From Rebecca billardiae RCC1528 (taxonomy: Eukaryota; Protista; Haptophyta), in NCBI GenBank assembly GCA_965240325.2, contig OZ251225.1:3038001-3102000 (forward strand): a stretch of 64,000 nt of DNA. Reading direction: 5' to 3'. A program made the translations under genes and the position numbers. Each line of letters opens with the position of its first letter. The stretch's first letter is position 1. Of the stretch, positions 1-12,000 are shown piece by piece. The notes under the pieces were generated by a model. That model saw only the letters and a program-made list of their open reading frames with translations. It did no database searches and was not told where the DNA came from.

Positions 1-3000
1 GGGCGGGCGGTTCATCAGCACCTTCACCTCCGCGAACGCCGGCTGCTCGCCCCCCGTCACCGTCAGCGCGAACGAGTAGAGCGCGCCGGCGCGCAGCACG
101 CCCGAGCGGAAGGCGAGCGTCGGCCCGGCGGCGCCGGTCGTCGTGACGGCGGCGGACGCGAGGTCGAAGGGCGCGGGCACCTCGACGCCGGAGACGATGG
201 TGGACGCGCGCCACTCGTACGCGAAGCTCACCTCGCCGCGCGCCGCGAGCGCCGCCGAGCGCGCGTCCACGCTCGTCTCCAGCGCCACGCGCTGCGTGCC
301 CAGCTCCCAGCTCGGGTTGTACTTGAGCGCGGCCAGCGGCGCAAACGAGATCGTGGGCACGAGCCCAAGCACGACCTCGACGTTGACGGAGGCGGAGACG
401 CGCTGCACGGGCCAGCCGGCCTTGGAGAGGGTGAGCGTCACGCTCCAGTTCCCCACCTCGAGCTCGCCGCGCGGCACGAACAGCACGCGCGCGCTCGCGT
501 TCACGGCCGCGCCGAACGCCGACTCGAAGACGCCGGTGCCGTTCACGCGCGCGAGCGACCAATCAAACTCGAGCTCGGCGTCGACGGGCGCGCCGGCGTC
601 GTCGAGGACGAGCGGGACGTTGGGGTCGTACGAGGCGGACGCGTCGATCGCGACGTCCGACTCGGTGGAGACGCGCCGGTCGCCGCCCGAGACAATCGCC
701 TGCAGCGGCTGCGACTCCACGACCAGCAGCACGGTCGCGCTCGACGCCGCGCTCGGGTCGGCCGCCATCGCCGCGCGCAGCCGCAGCTCGTACGTGTACG
801 TGGGGAGCAGCGTGTACGCGTCGAGGAGGAGGGAGGGCTGGTCCGGCTCGAGCAGCCGCAGCGCGGGCAGCGCGGCGGGCTCGCCCGTCGCCGTCACCGT
901 CGCGTTGAGCTGCGCCCACGAGAAGTCGATCGTGGCGGAGTCGTTGGCCGGCCAGCAGTCGGCGAGCCGCGCGTTGCCGAGCAGCAGCACCTCGGACGAG
1001 GGGCGCGTGGTCAGCCGGTACGGGCCGTCGATCACGAGGGAGGGGTTGGCGCCGCCGGAGCGCGTGACGGTCCAGCGCTCCACCGCCGACTCGAACCCGA
1101 GGAACGACGCGACGCGCAGCAGGAACACGTACTGCGAGCCGTCGCCCGCCAGCCGGAAGTTGGCGCCCAGGTCAGACGGGATGCGCAGAACGTCGCGGTC
1201 TGGGGGCAGGCTCGCCAGCCGCGCGTTCAGCTCGTCGGCGATGTCGGAGAGGGCGGGGTCGACGCGCCACGTGTACTGCAGCGCCTTGATCCCGCCGCCG
1301 GACGACGCCGACGCGTCCAGCCGGATCTCCGCGTCGGGGCAGTTCGAGACCAGCGTCGGGCCGTTGAGCGCCGCGACCGGCCGCACGCACGCGGCGCACG
1401 GGAAGTCGACGTCGATGGTCGCGCTGAGGCCGACGGCGCACTCGACGGCGCCGGGGCACGCGCGGCCGAGGCCGAAGGGCCAGAGGACGTTGTCGCGCAG
1501 CGAGACCGTCGAGCCGGGCGCGAGCCCCGTCTGCGCGTTCAGCTGCGCCACCAGCGTCACGTCGTCGCGCCAGAAGCACTCGGGCTCGCTCTCGGCGGCG
1601 CCGCGGATCAGCGCGACGGTCGCGTCGTCAAAGACGACGGCGCACGGCGCGACGGAGGTCATGCCCGCGCGGTTGGTGGGCTGCGGGTCGAAGGTGAGGA
1701 CGAGCGTGGTCGCCGCGTCGTTGAACAGCGCCGAGACGATCGCCGGCTCGTGCAGCCCGTCGAAGCGGTACGCCAGCGCCGCGTCGGTGTACTGCTGCCC
1801 GTTGAGCGAGACGCTCACGGCCGCGCCGCCTTGCTTGCCGTACGACGTCACCTGCACGATCGAGGCGTCGGTGTACGACTCGGGCGCGGGGCCGACGGTG
1901 GGGCCGTAGCGCACGCGCAGGAACGAGGCCGTCGGCGCGCCGTACCCCACCTCGGCGTCCGCGAGCGCGCGGAACCCCGAGCCGCTGATCGTGGTGCGCG
2001 CGCCGCCATTCGCGTCGCCAAACGTGGGCGAGATTGCGCCGAGATCGGGCTCGTCATAGTACACAAACCGGATGGACGAGTCGGTGGTGGAGCCGGGGTC
2101 GCCGCGGTTGAGCGTGACGTCGAGCGTGGTGTTGCCCGGCGCGCCCGCCGCGCCCGTCGTGCAGAGCAGCCGCGTCGAGTCGAGCAGCGTCGCCACCGCG
2201 TCGCAGCCGCCCGAGCCGCCGAACGAGCAGCACAGCTGCCGCTCGCTGTCGGCGCCCGCCGCGTCGCCGTACTCGGCAAAGCCCGCGCCAAACACGGTGA
2301 CGACGGTGCCGCCGCCCACCGGGCCGCCGGGCGGGACGAGCGCGGTGACGCGCACGCTGCCGATGGCGTACAGCCGGAAGCGGATCTCGTCGAAGAAGTT
2401 GGGCACGAGCGACACGCCGTTGAGCAGCAGCCGCACCGCGTACTCGCCCACCGCCGTGCGCGCGGGCGTGGCGCACGCGGCGAGGCTCGGCGAGAGGACG
2501 GTGGCGCGCGAGCTGAGGACGCGCGCGAAGCCGGCGGGCGGCGCGCTCGTGCGCGTGAAGCGGCAGCGCGCGGCCGTGCCCAGCTCGACGAACCCCGTGC
2601 CCGACAGCGTCACCGACGTCCCCGCCGTCAGCGGCCGCCCCGCCGGGCTCCCCGACGTGACCGTCGCCGTGTAGAAGTCGAACGGCAGCGACGACGCGGT
2701 GAACGAGCCGCCATCGTTGAGCGAGAGCGAGACGTTGAAGGCGCCGGGCGCGCGCGTGGGCGAGACGTACGGCGCGACGCAGCGCACCGCGTCCACCCCC
2801 GCGTCGGGCATCGTCGCCGCCACGTCGCCGCGCCCCTCGAAGCGCACGCGCAGCCCGCCGTAGTCGGCAAAGTTGGCGCCGGAGATGGTGAGCGCGAGCG
2901 ACGCGACGCCTTGCGGCCCGCCGGGCGGCGTGAGCGCGCTCAGCGTGACGGCGCTCAGGTCGAAGTAGGTGAAGGCGCTGAGCACGCCGATCGGCTCGCG

Positions 3001-6000
3001 CGTGCGCGTGCCGTTCGCCGACGTCTCCGTCTCGTTCGCCAGCAGCTGCACGCGCACCTGCCCGGCCGCCTGTGAGACGGGCACCGGGCACACGATGCGC
3101 GTGCGGTTGATCAGACTCACGTCCACGACCGAGCCGCCGCCAAACACGCACTTGATCAGCTCGCGCTTCGCCGCGGCGGCGCCGAAGCCGGAGCCGCGGA
3201 TCGTGAGGCTCGTTGCGTCGCCGATCGCCGCGCCCGTCGGCGTGACGCCGTCCACCTGCGCGTTGGCGAACGGGTCCTCCGGGTAGGTGACCGAGAGCGA
3301 CGCGGCCGACCAGAGCCGCGCGCGCTGGCCGGCGAACGCAAAACAGAGCTGCAGCGCGGACGCGACGTCGGCGAAGGTGAAGGTGGCGACGCCGGCGTCG
3401 CTCACGTTGGTCGGCGCGCCGCTGAGCGAGCCGCCGCCGCCCTCGTCGCACGCGCTCGCGCCCGCGGGCACCCACCACGCCGCGTCGCCCGGACCGACCC
3501 CCGGACCCTCGAACGAAACCGCCTCGGGCTGCAGCTGCACCGCGATCGTCGCAAACGGCCCGGTGATCTCGAGCACGTCGAGCGTGAAGTTGGCGTAGTG
3601 CTTGTACGGCTTGGCCGCGGTGAAGCGGTAGCACAGCTCGTACGCGAGGCCGCCCTGCCCGCGCAGGAACGTGAAGCTCGACGAGCCCGCGGCGGAGACG
3701 GGCTGCGCGCCGCCGAACGCGAGCCGCGCGCCGCCGTCGCACCCGGCCGAGCCCGCGGCCACCCAGAAGGCCGCGTCCGCGCTGCTCACGCCAAAGCCGA
3801 CGTAGCCGACGCCGACGGGCGCGCCGACGAGCGTGCGCGCCGCGCCGGTGGTGCCGAACAGCGCGAACGTGTCGAGCGTCACGTTGGCGTAGTGCACGAA
3901 CGGCTCGGCGCCGAAGCGAAAACAGAGCGACGCGCGCGCGCACGCGTCAGCGCCGCCACCGCACGCGTCGGCGCGCACCGTGAAGGCCGCGGCGCCGTCC
4001 GCGTCCACGGCGAAGAGGCCGCCGTACGCGGCGCGCGCCCGCGCGCCCGCGAGCGTGTCGGGCGTGCAGTCCGCGCCGTCGAGCACCCAGAACCCCGTGT
4101 CGTCCTCGCGGATCCCCACGCCCTGCAGCGGCAACGACTCGGCCGCGTCCGCGACCGCGAGCGTCTCTGCCGGTCCCTGCACCTGTGCGGCGACGAGCGC
4201 GCGGCCGGCGTAGTAGCGGTACGGCTCGTCGGCGTGCTTGTAGCACAGCCGCGCGTCGGGCTCGGGCGCAAGCAGCGCGAACGTCGCGGTGAGGTTCGCG
4301 TCGAGCGGCTGCTCGCCGCCCAGCCATGCGCGCGGCGCCTCCGCCGCGCACGCCACCTCAGCGGTGCCGTTGCGCGGCACCCAAAACGCTCGGTCGCCCG
4401 CGCGCAGCCCGACGCCTCCAAACGCGATGGGCTTGGGCACTGCGCCGACCACGCCGAGCGCGGAGGTGGGCGTCTGCACGCTCAGCGCGTCGAGCGTGAG
4501 CGACGGGTACAGCACGAACGGCTCGGACGGCGCGGCGGCGGTGTGCGCGAAACAAAGGCGCAGCCCGAGCCCGGCGAGCGTCGGCGCGAACGTCGCGCGC
4601 AGCGACGCGTCGAGCGTGCGCGTGCCGCCGTACGCGCTCGACGGCTCGCCCGCGCACGCCGTCGCGCCCGCGCGCACCCAGCGCGCGCGGTCGCCGGGCG
4701 CGACGCCGTACCCGCCGAACGCGAGCACCTCCGGCACGCGCGCCACGAGCACCGACTCGGCCGGAGATTCGACGCGGAACACCTCGAGCTGCACGCCGCC
4801 GTACTCGACGGTGCGCGCGGCGGCGGAGGGCGCGGCGGCGGCCGCGTGCGTGTAGCACAGCCGCGCGCGCCCGCCCGCCGTCGTGCCGGCCGGCGTGAAC
4901 GCCACGCGGCCGTGCCCCGCCGTCGGCGCGGGCACGACCGGCTGCGCGCCGCCCAGCGCGGCCGACGGTCCTTCCGCGCACCCGGCCGCGTCCGCGCGCA
5001 CCCAGTACGCGCTGTCGCCCTCCGCGCCCAGCCCGGCGCCCTGCAGCGTGAGCGTCTCGGTCGCGCCGACCACCGCGACGGTGAGCGCGGGCCCGCTCAC
5101 CGTCACCACGCCCAGCTCGAGCGCGGGCGGCGCGGCCGCGCCGTACAGCCGCGGCGGCTGCTGGCCGAAGCGAAAGCACAGGTGCAGGCCGGCGCCCGCC
5201 GCGCCGAGCGGCGCGCTGAACGACGCGGCGCCGTCGGCGCCGACGGTGGCGGGGCCGACGAGCGCGCCGGCCGCGTCGGCGGCGCACGCGGCCGCGCCCG
5301 CGCCCACCCACCACGCCTCGTCGCCCGCCGCGACGCCCACGCCCTCGAAGCCGATCGGCGCGGCCACGCCCGCGATCAGCGTCGTGTTGGTCGGCCCGCT
5401 GAGCGCGTACGCGCGCGCGCCCACGCCGCCAAACCGCGCGGGCGCCTCGCCCTCGAACGCGAAGCACAGCTCGAGCCTCGCGCGGCCCTGCCCGTCGAGC
5501 GGCGGCCGCGCGGCGAGCGTGAAGTTGGCGGCCGAGCCGTCTGCACCGAGCCGGCCCACGCCGCCGTACTCGGCGCGCGCGCCGCCGTCGGCGCACGCGG
5601 CCGCGTCGTCGGGCTCGACCCACCAGAACCGGTCGGCCGCGCCGAGGCCGACGCCGCCCAAGCTCAGCACCGCCTCGACGCCCACGACGGCGGCCGTCTC
5701 CGCGGGCGTGAGCACCGCGAGCACGTCGAGCGTGACCGCCGCGTACAGCACAAACGGCCCGCCATCGACCGAATAACAAAGGCGGCGGCCGAGGCCGGCG
5801 GCGCCGACGGCGTGCGAGAGAGTGGCGGTGCCGAGCGAGCTGTTGGCCGCCGTGGCGCCCACGGTCGCGCTCGCGCCCGCGTCGGCGCACGAGGCCGCGC
5901 CCGCCGGCACCCAGTACGCGCGGTCGGCGAGCGACAGCCCCACGCCCGAGTGCACCACCGCCTCCGCCACGCCCGCGACCGCGCGCGTGCGCGCCGGGCC

Positions 6001-9000
6001 CGTCACGCCGCGCGCCACCGCGGTGAGCTGTGGGTAAAGTGAGTACGCGCCCAGCCCGGCGAAGCGGTAGCAGAGGACGAGCTCGGGCCGCGGCGCGCTG
6101 AACGTGAGGCTCGCGCTGCCGGCCGCGCCCACGCTCGCCGCGCCGCCGTGCGCCGTGCTCGCCGCCGCGCAGCCCGCGCTCGCCGCGGCGTCGGGCGTCA
6201 CCCACTTGAGCGCGTCGCCCGCGCCCACGCCCACGCCGCCGAGCGCCAGCGCGCGCGGCACGCCGCGCGTGAACGCGAGCGCGGCGCCGCCGGGCAGCGG
6301 CTCGAGCCCGAGCACGTCCAGCGTGCGCGCCTCGTACGGGGCGAACGGCTCGCCCGCAAAGCTATAGCACAGCACGAGCCCGAGCTCGGCGCCGTCGGCG
6401 AAGACAAAGTCGGCGCGCGAGCCCTCCACGTCCGCGCTCGCCGCGAAGGCGGATGGGTCGGAGCAGTTGGGCGGCGCGCGGGCCCACGCGGCGCGGTCGC
6501 CGCTCGCGACGCCCGTGCCGCCGAACGAGAGCCGCACGCTGCCGCCCGGCGCGGTGGGCGCCGCCACGCGCGCCGCCGAGGTCGAGGCGAGGTGCAGCAC
6601 GTCGAGCACGATCGTCGGCTCGAGCGCCCATGCGGTTTCGGCCGGCGCTCGGTAGCAGAAGGCGTAGGCGAAGCCGGCGGTGTCGAACGCCCAGGACGTG
6701 CGCCCGTCGGCGGGCAGGACCACCCCGTCATCGCCGCCGAAGCTCGGCTCGGACGGCGCGGAGCAGTTGCGGCCCCAGCGCACCGCCGAGCCCGCCGGCA
6801 GCCACCACTCGGGAGGGATGGTGAGCGTCTTGGCCACGCCCTGCACCGCACGGTACACCGTCGTGTTGGCGCGCGCGGGCGGCGGCGGGCTGGGCGGCGG
6901 CGGCGCGGGGCTGGGCGGCAGCGGCGGCGGGCTCGGCGGCGGGCTCGGCGGCGCGCTCGGCGGCGGCGGGCTCGGCGGCGGGCTCGGCGGCGGGCTCGGC
7001 GGCGGGGCCGGCGGCGGGCTCGGCGGCGCGCCCGGCGGCGCGCCCGGCGGCGGCGCGGGCGGCGGCTCAAAGTAGACGCAGCCGGAGGGCGAGGGCTCGA
7101 AGGTGGCGCTCGAGTCGTAGTTGGTCGCGTTGGCATCGCGGCAGCCCGGGTGCAGCTGCGCCGGCGCCGCCGCGAGCTCGAAGCCCAGCTCCTCGCTCAG
7201 CGACGCCACGGTCGCGTTGGCGAGGCTCGCTGACACGTCCACCTGCTGCGCGCTCGCCGGCTGGTACGCACTCAGGACGACCTCGACCGAGGCGGGCGAG
7301 ATCGCCTCGACGCGCCACTGCGCGGCGGGGACGCCCGTCAGCCGCGACATCCCCGACTTGAGCTCGGCCTGCACCTGCGGCGTCACGTCCTCCGCCGTGC
7401 CCTGCAGCGTGAGGCCGACGTAGGTTGTGCTGCCCGGCGGCGGCGGCGCGGGCGAGGGCGGCGGCGCGGGCGGCGGCGGCGGCGGCGGCGCGGGCGGGCG
7501 CGGCGGCGGGAAGGGCTCGACGCGGGGCGGCGGCGGCGGCGAGCTCGGCGGCGGCGGCGTGGACGGTGGCAGCGGCGGCGGGGAGGAGGGCGGCGGCGGC
7601 GAGGGCGAGGGCGGCGGGGGCGGCGAGGGCGGCGGCGCGGGCACGGGCGGCGGCGTCGGCGGCGGCGACGGCGGCGGCGACGGCGGCGGCGTGGGTGGCG
7701 GCGGCGGCGGCGGCGCGCCTGGCGGCGGCGAGGGCGGCGGGCTCGGCGGCGCGCTCGGCGGCGGAGGGCTCGGCGGCGGCGAGGGCGGCGGCCGCGGCGG
7801 CGGGCGTGGCGGCGAGCCCGGCGGCGGCGGGCTGGGGGGTGGCCCTGGCGGCGGCGCGGGCGGCGGCGACGGCGGCAGCGCGGGTGGGCTCGGGCTTGGC
7901 GGCGGGCTGGGAGGCGGCGACGGCGGCGGTGAGGGCGGCGGCGACGGCGGCGGCGTCGGCGGCGGGCTCGGCGGCGGCGACGGCGGCGGGGTGGGCGGTG
8001 GCGGTGATGGCGGCGGCAGCGGCGGCGGCGAGGGCGGCGGCGAGGGCGGCGGGCTCGGCGGGGCCCGCGGAGGAGGCGAAGGGGGCGGGCTCGGCGGCGG
8101 CAACGGACGGGGCGGCGGGCTCGGAGGCGGCATGGGCGGCGGCAAGGGCGGCGGCGTCGGCGGCGGCGGCGACGGGGGCGGGCGGGGTGGGCTTGCCGGC
8201 GGCGGGCTCGGAGGCGGGGTGGGCGGCGGCGGCGAGGGCGGCGGGCTCGGTGGCGGCAACGGAGGCGGCCGCGGCGGCGGCGAGGGCGGCGAGAGCGGAG
8301 GCGGCGGGCTCGGCGGCGGAAATGGTGGCGGGCTGGGCGGTGGGCTCGGCGGGGAAGACGGAGGCGGCGGGCTGGGCGGCGGGAAGGGCGGCGAGCTGGG
8401 CGGCGGGCTGGGCGGCGGGCTCGGCGGCGGCGGGCTTGGTGGCGGCACTGGCGGTGGTCGCGGAGGCGGGCTGGGCGGCGGCTGCGGGCTCGGCGGCGGG
8501 CTCGGCGGCGGGCTTGGCGGTGACGCTGGCGGCGGGCTCGGGGGCGGCGCCGGCGGCGGCGCCGGCGGCGGCGACGGCGGCGGGCTTGGCGGCGGGCTCG
8601 GAGGTGGGCTCGGCGGCGGCGTTGGGCTGGGAGGCGGGCTCGGCGGCGGGCTCGGCGGGGGGCTCGGCGGCGAGCTCGGCGGCGGCGAGGGTGGCGGCGA
8701 TGGCGGCGGGCGCGGGCTCGGAGGTGGGCTCGGTGGCGGCGTGGGGGGCGGAGACGGAGGTGGGCTCGGCGGCAGCGATGGCGGCGGCGAAGGTGGCGGA
8801 GATGGTGGCGGCGGGCTCGGCGGAGGACTCGGTGGCGGTGCGGGGGGCGGAGAAGGCGGGGGGCTCGGAGGTGGTGACGGCGGTGGGGTGGGAGGCGGCG
8901 GCGGCGGAGGCAAGGGCGGTGGGCTCGGCGGCGGGTTTGGCGGCGGCGATGGCGGCAGTGACGGCGGGGGGCTTGGCGGGGGGCTTGGAGGCGGCGGCGG

Positions 9001-12000
9001 CGGAGGCAAAGGCGGTGGGCTCGGCGGCGGGTTTGGCGGCGGCGATGGCGGCAGTGACGGCGGGGGGCTCGGCGGGGGGCTTGGAGGCGGCGGCGGCGGA
9101 GGCAAGGGCGGTGGGCTCGGCGGCGGGTTTGGCGGCGGCGATGGCGGCAGTGACGGCGGGGGGCTCGGCGGCGGGGTCGGCGGCGGTGGCGGCGGAGGTG
9201 ACGGTGGCGGCCTTGGCGGCGGCACTGGGGGCGGCGATGGGGGCGGTGACGGCGGGGGGCTCGGCGGCGGGGTCGGCGGCGGCGGCGGCGGAGGCGACGG
9301 TGGCGGCCTTGGCGGCGGCGCTGGCGGCGGCGATGGGGGCAGTGACGGCGGGGGGCTCGGCGGGGGGCTTGGAGGCGGCGGCGGCGGAGGCAAGGGCGGT
9401 GGGCTCGGCGGCGGGTTTGGCGGCGGCGATGGCGGCAGTGACGGCGGGGGGCTCGGCGGGGGGCTTGGAGGCGGCGGCGGCGGAGGCAAGGGCGGTGGGC
9501 TCGGCGGCGGGTTTGGCGGCGGCGATGGCGGCAGTGACGGCGGGGGGCTTGGCGGGGGGCTTGGAGGCGGCGGCGGCGGAGGCAAGGGCGGTGGGCTCGG
9601 CGGCGGGTTTGGCGGCGGCGATGGCGGCAGTGACGGCGGGGGGCTCGGCGGGGGGGTCGGCGGCGGTGGCGGCGGAGGTGACGGTGGCGGCCTTGGCGGC
9701 GGCGCTGGCGGCGGCGACGGGGGCGGTGACGGCGGGGGGCTCGGCGGCGGGGTCGGCGGCGGTGGCGGCGGAGGTGACGGTGGCGGCCTTGGCGGCGGCG
9801 ATGGCGGCGGCGATGGCGGCAGTGACGGCGGGGGGCTCGGCGGCGGGGTCGGCGGCGGTGGCGGCGGAGGTGACGGTGGCGGCCTTGGCGGAGGCGATGG
9901 CGGCGGCGATGGGGGCGGTGACGGCGGGGGGCTCGGCGGCGGGGTCGGCGGCGGTGGCGGCGGAGGCGATGGTGGCGGCCTTGGCGGCGGCGATGGCGGC
10001 GGCGATGGCGGCAGTGACGGCGGGGGGCTCGGCGGCGGGGTCGGCGGCGGTGGCGGCGGAGGCGACGGTGGCGGCCTTGGCGGTGGCGATGGCGGCGGCG
10101 ATGGCGGCAGTGACGGCGGGGGGCTCGGCGGCGGGGTCGGCGGCGGTGGCGGCGGAGGCGATGGCGGCGGCCTTGGCGGCGGCGATGGCGGCGGCGATGG
10201 CGGCAGTGACGGCGGGGGGCTCGGCGGTGGGGTGGGAGGCGGCGGCGGCGGAGGCAAGGGCGGTGGGCTCGGAGGCGGGTTTGGCGGTGGCGATGGCGGT
10301 GGTGACGGCGGCGGCATCGGTGGTGGTGATGGCGGGGACGATGGCGGCGGCGACGGCGGTGGCCTCGGAGGCAGCGATGGCGGCGGCGACGGTGGCGGCT
10401 CTGGGCTCGGCGGCGGGCTGGGAGGCGGCGACGGTGGCGGTCTCGGTGGTGGCGATGGCGGTGGGCTCGGCGGCGGGCTTGGCGGAGGCGACGGCGGCGG
10501 CGGGCTCGGCGGTGGGCTGGGAGGCGGCGATGGCGGCGATGAGGGCGGAGGTGACGGTGGCGGCCTTGGTGGCGGCTGGGGCGGCGGCGATGGTGGCGGC
10601 TGTGGGCTCGGCGGTGGGCTCGGTGGTGGCGATGGTGGCGGCGATGGCGGAGGCATCGGTGGTGGTGATGGCGGTGGCGACGGCGGCGGTGACGGTGGCG
10701 GTGGGCTGGGCGGCGGGCTGGGAGGCGGCGACGGCGGCGACGATGGCGGCGGCGACGGCGGTGGCCTCGGAGGCAGCGATGGCGGCGGCGACGGTGGCGG
10801 CTCTGGGCTCGGCGGTGGGCTTGGCGGTGGCAATGGTGGCGGCGATGGCGGTGGCATCGGCGGTGGTGACGGCGGTGGCGATGGTGGCGGCAATGGCGGC
10901 GGCATCGGTGGTGGTGACGGCGGCGGCGACGGCGGCGGTGACGGCGGTGGCGGGCTCGGCGGCGGGCTGGGAGGCAGCGATGGCGGCGGCGACGGTGGCG
11001 GCTCTGGGCTCGGCGGCGGGCTTGGCGGTGGCGATGGTGGCGGCGATGGCGGTGGCATCGGCGGTGGTGACGGCGGTGGCGATGGCGGTGGTGATGGCGG
11101 CGGCATCGGTGGTGGTGACGGCGGCGGCGACGGCGGCGGTGATGGCGGTGGCGGGCTCGGCGGCGGGCTGGGAGGCGACGACGGCGGCGGCGACGGTGGC
11201 GGCTCTGGGCTCGGCGGCGGGCTTGGCGGTGGCGATGGTGGCGGCGATGGCGGTGGCATCGGCGGTGGTGACGGCGGTGGCGATGGCGGTGGTGATGGCG
11301 GCGGCATCGGTGGTGGTGACGGCGGCGGCGACGGCGGCGGTGATGGCGGTGGCGGGCTCGGCGGCGGGCTGGGAGGCGACGACGGCGGCGGCGACGGTGG
11401 CGGCTCTGGGCTCGGCGGCGGGCTTGGCGGCGGGCTTGGTGGCGGCGATGGCGGTGGCATCGGCGGTGGTGACGGCGGTGGCGATGGCGGTGGTGATGGC
11501 GGCGGCATCGGTGGTGGTGATGGCGGTGGCGATGGCGGCGGCGATGGTGGCGGCGGGCTTGGCGGCGGGCTGGGAGGCGGCATAGGTGGTGGTGACGGCG
11601 GTGGCAATGGTGGCGGTGGGCTCGGCGGCGGGCTAGGCGGCGGCAGCGGCGGTGGCGATGGCGGGGGTACAGGTGGCGGCAGCGATGGTGGCGGCGGCAG
11701 CGGCGGTGGACTGGGAGGCGGTGCTGGCGGCGGTGATGGCGGTGGTGAGGGCGGCGGCAGCGATGGTGGTGGCGGCAGCGGCGGCGGGCTGGGCGGCGGC
11801 GCTGGTGGCGGCGATGGCGGGGGCGACGGCGGCGGCAGCGATGGTGGCGGCGGCAGTGGCGGCGGGCTGGGCGGCGGCGAGGGCGGTGGCGACGGTGGCG
11901 GGCTGGGCGGTGGGCTCGGCGGCGGCACCGGTGGCGGCGGCGACGGCGGCGGGCTCGGCGGCGGGCCAGGCGGTGGGCTCGGCGGCGGTAGCGGCACAAT

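Noticed and set aside
143-7423. Numerous Ser/Ala/Arg-rich ORFs on both strands
   Set aside because: High-GC shadow ORFs overlapping the real giant gene.
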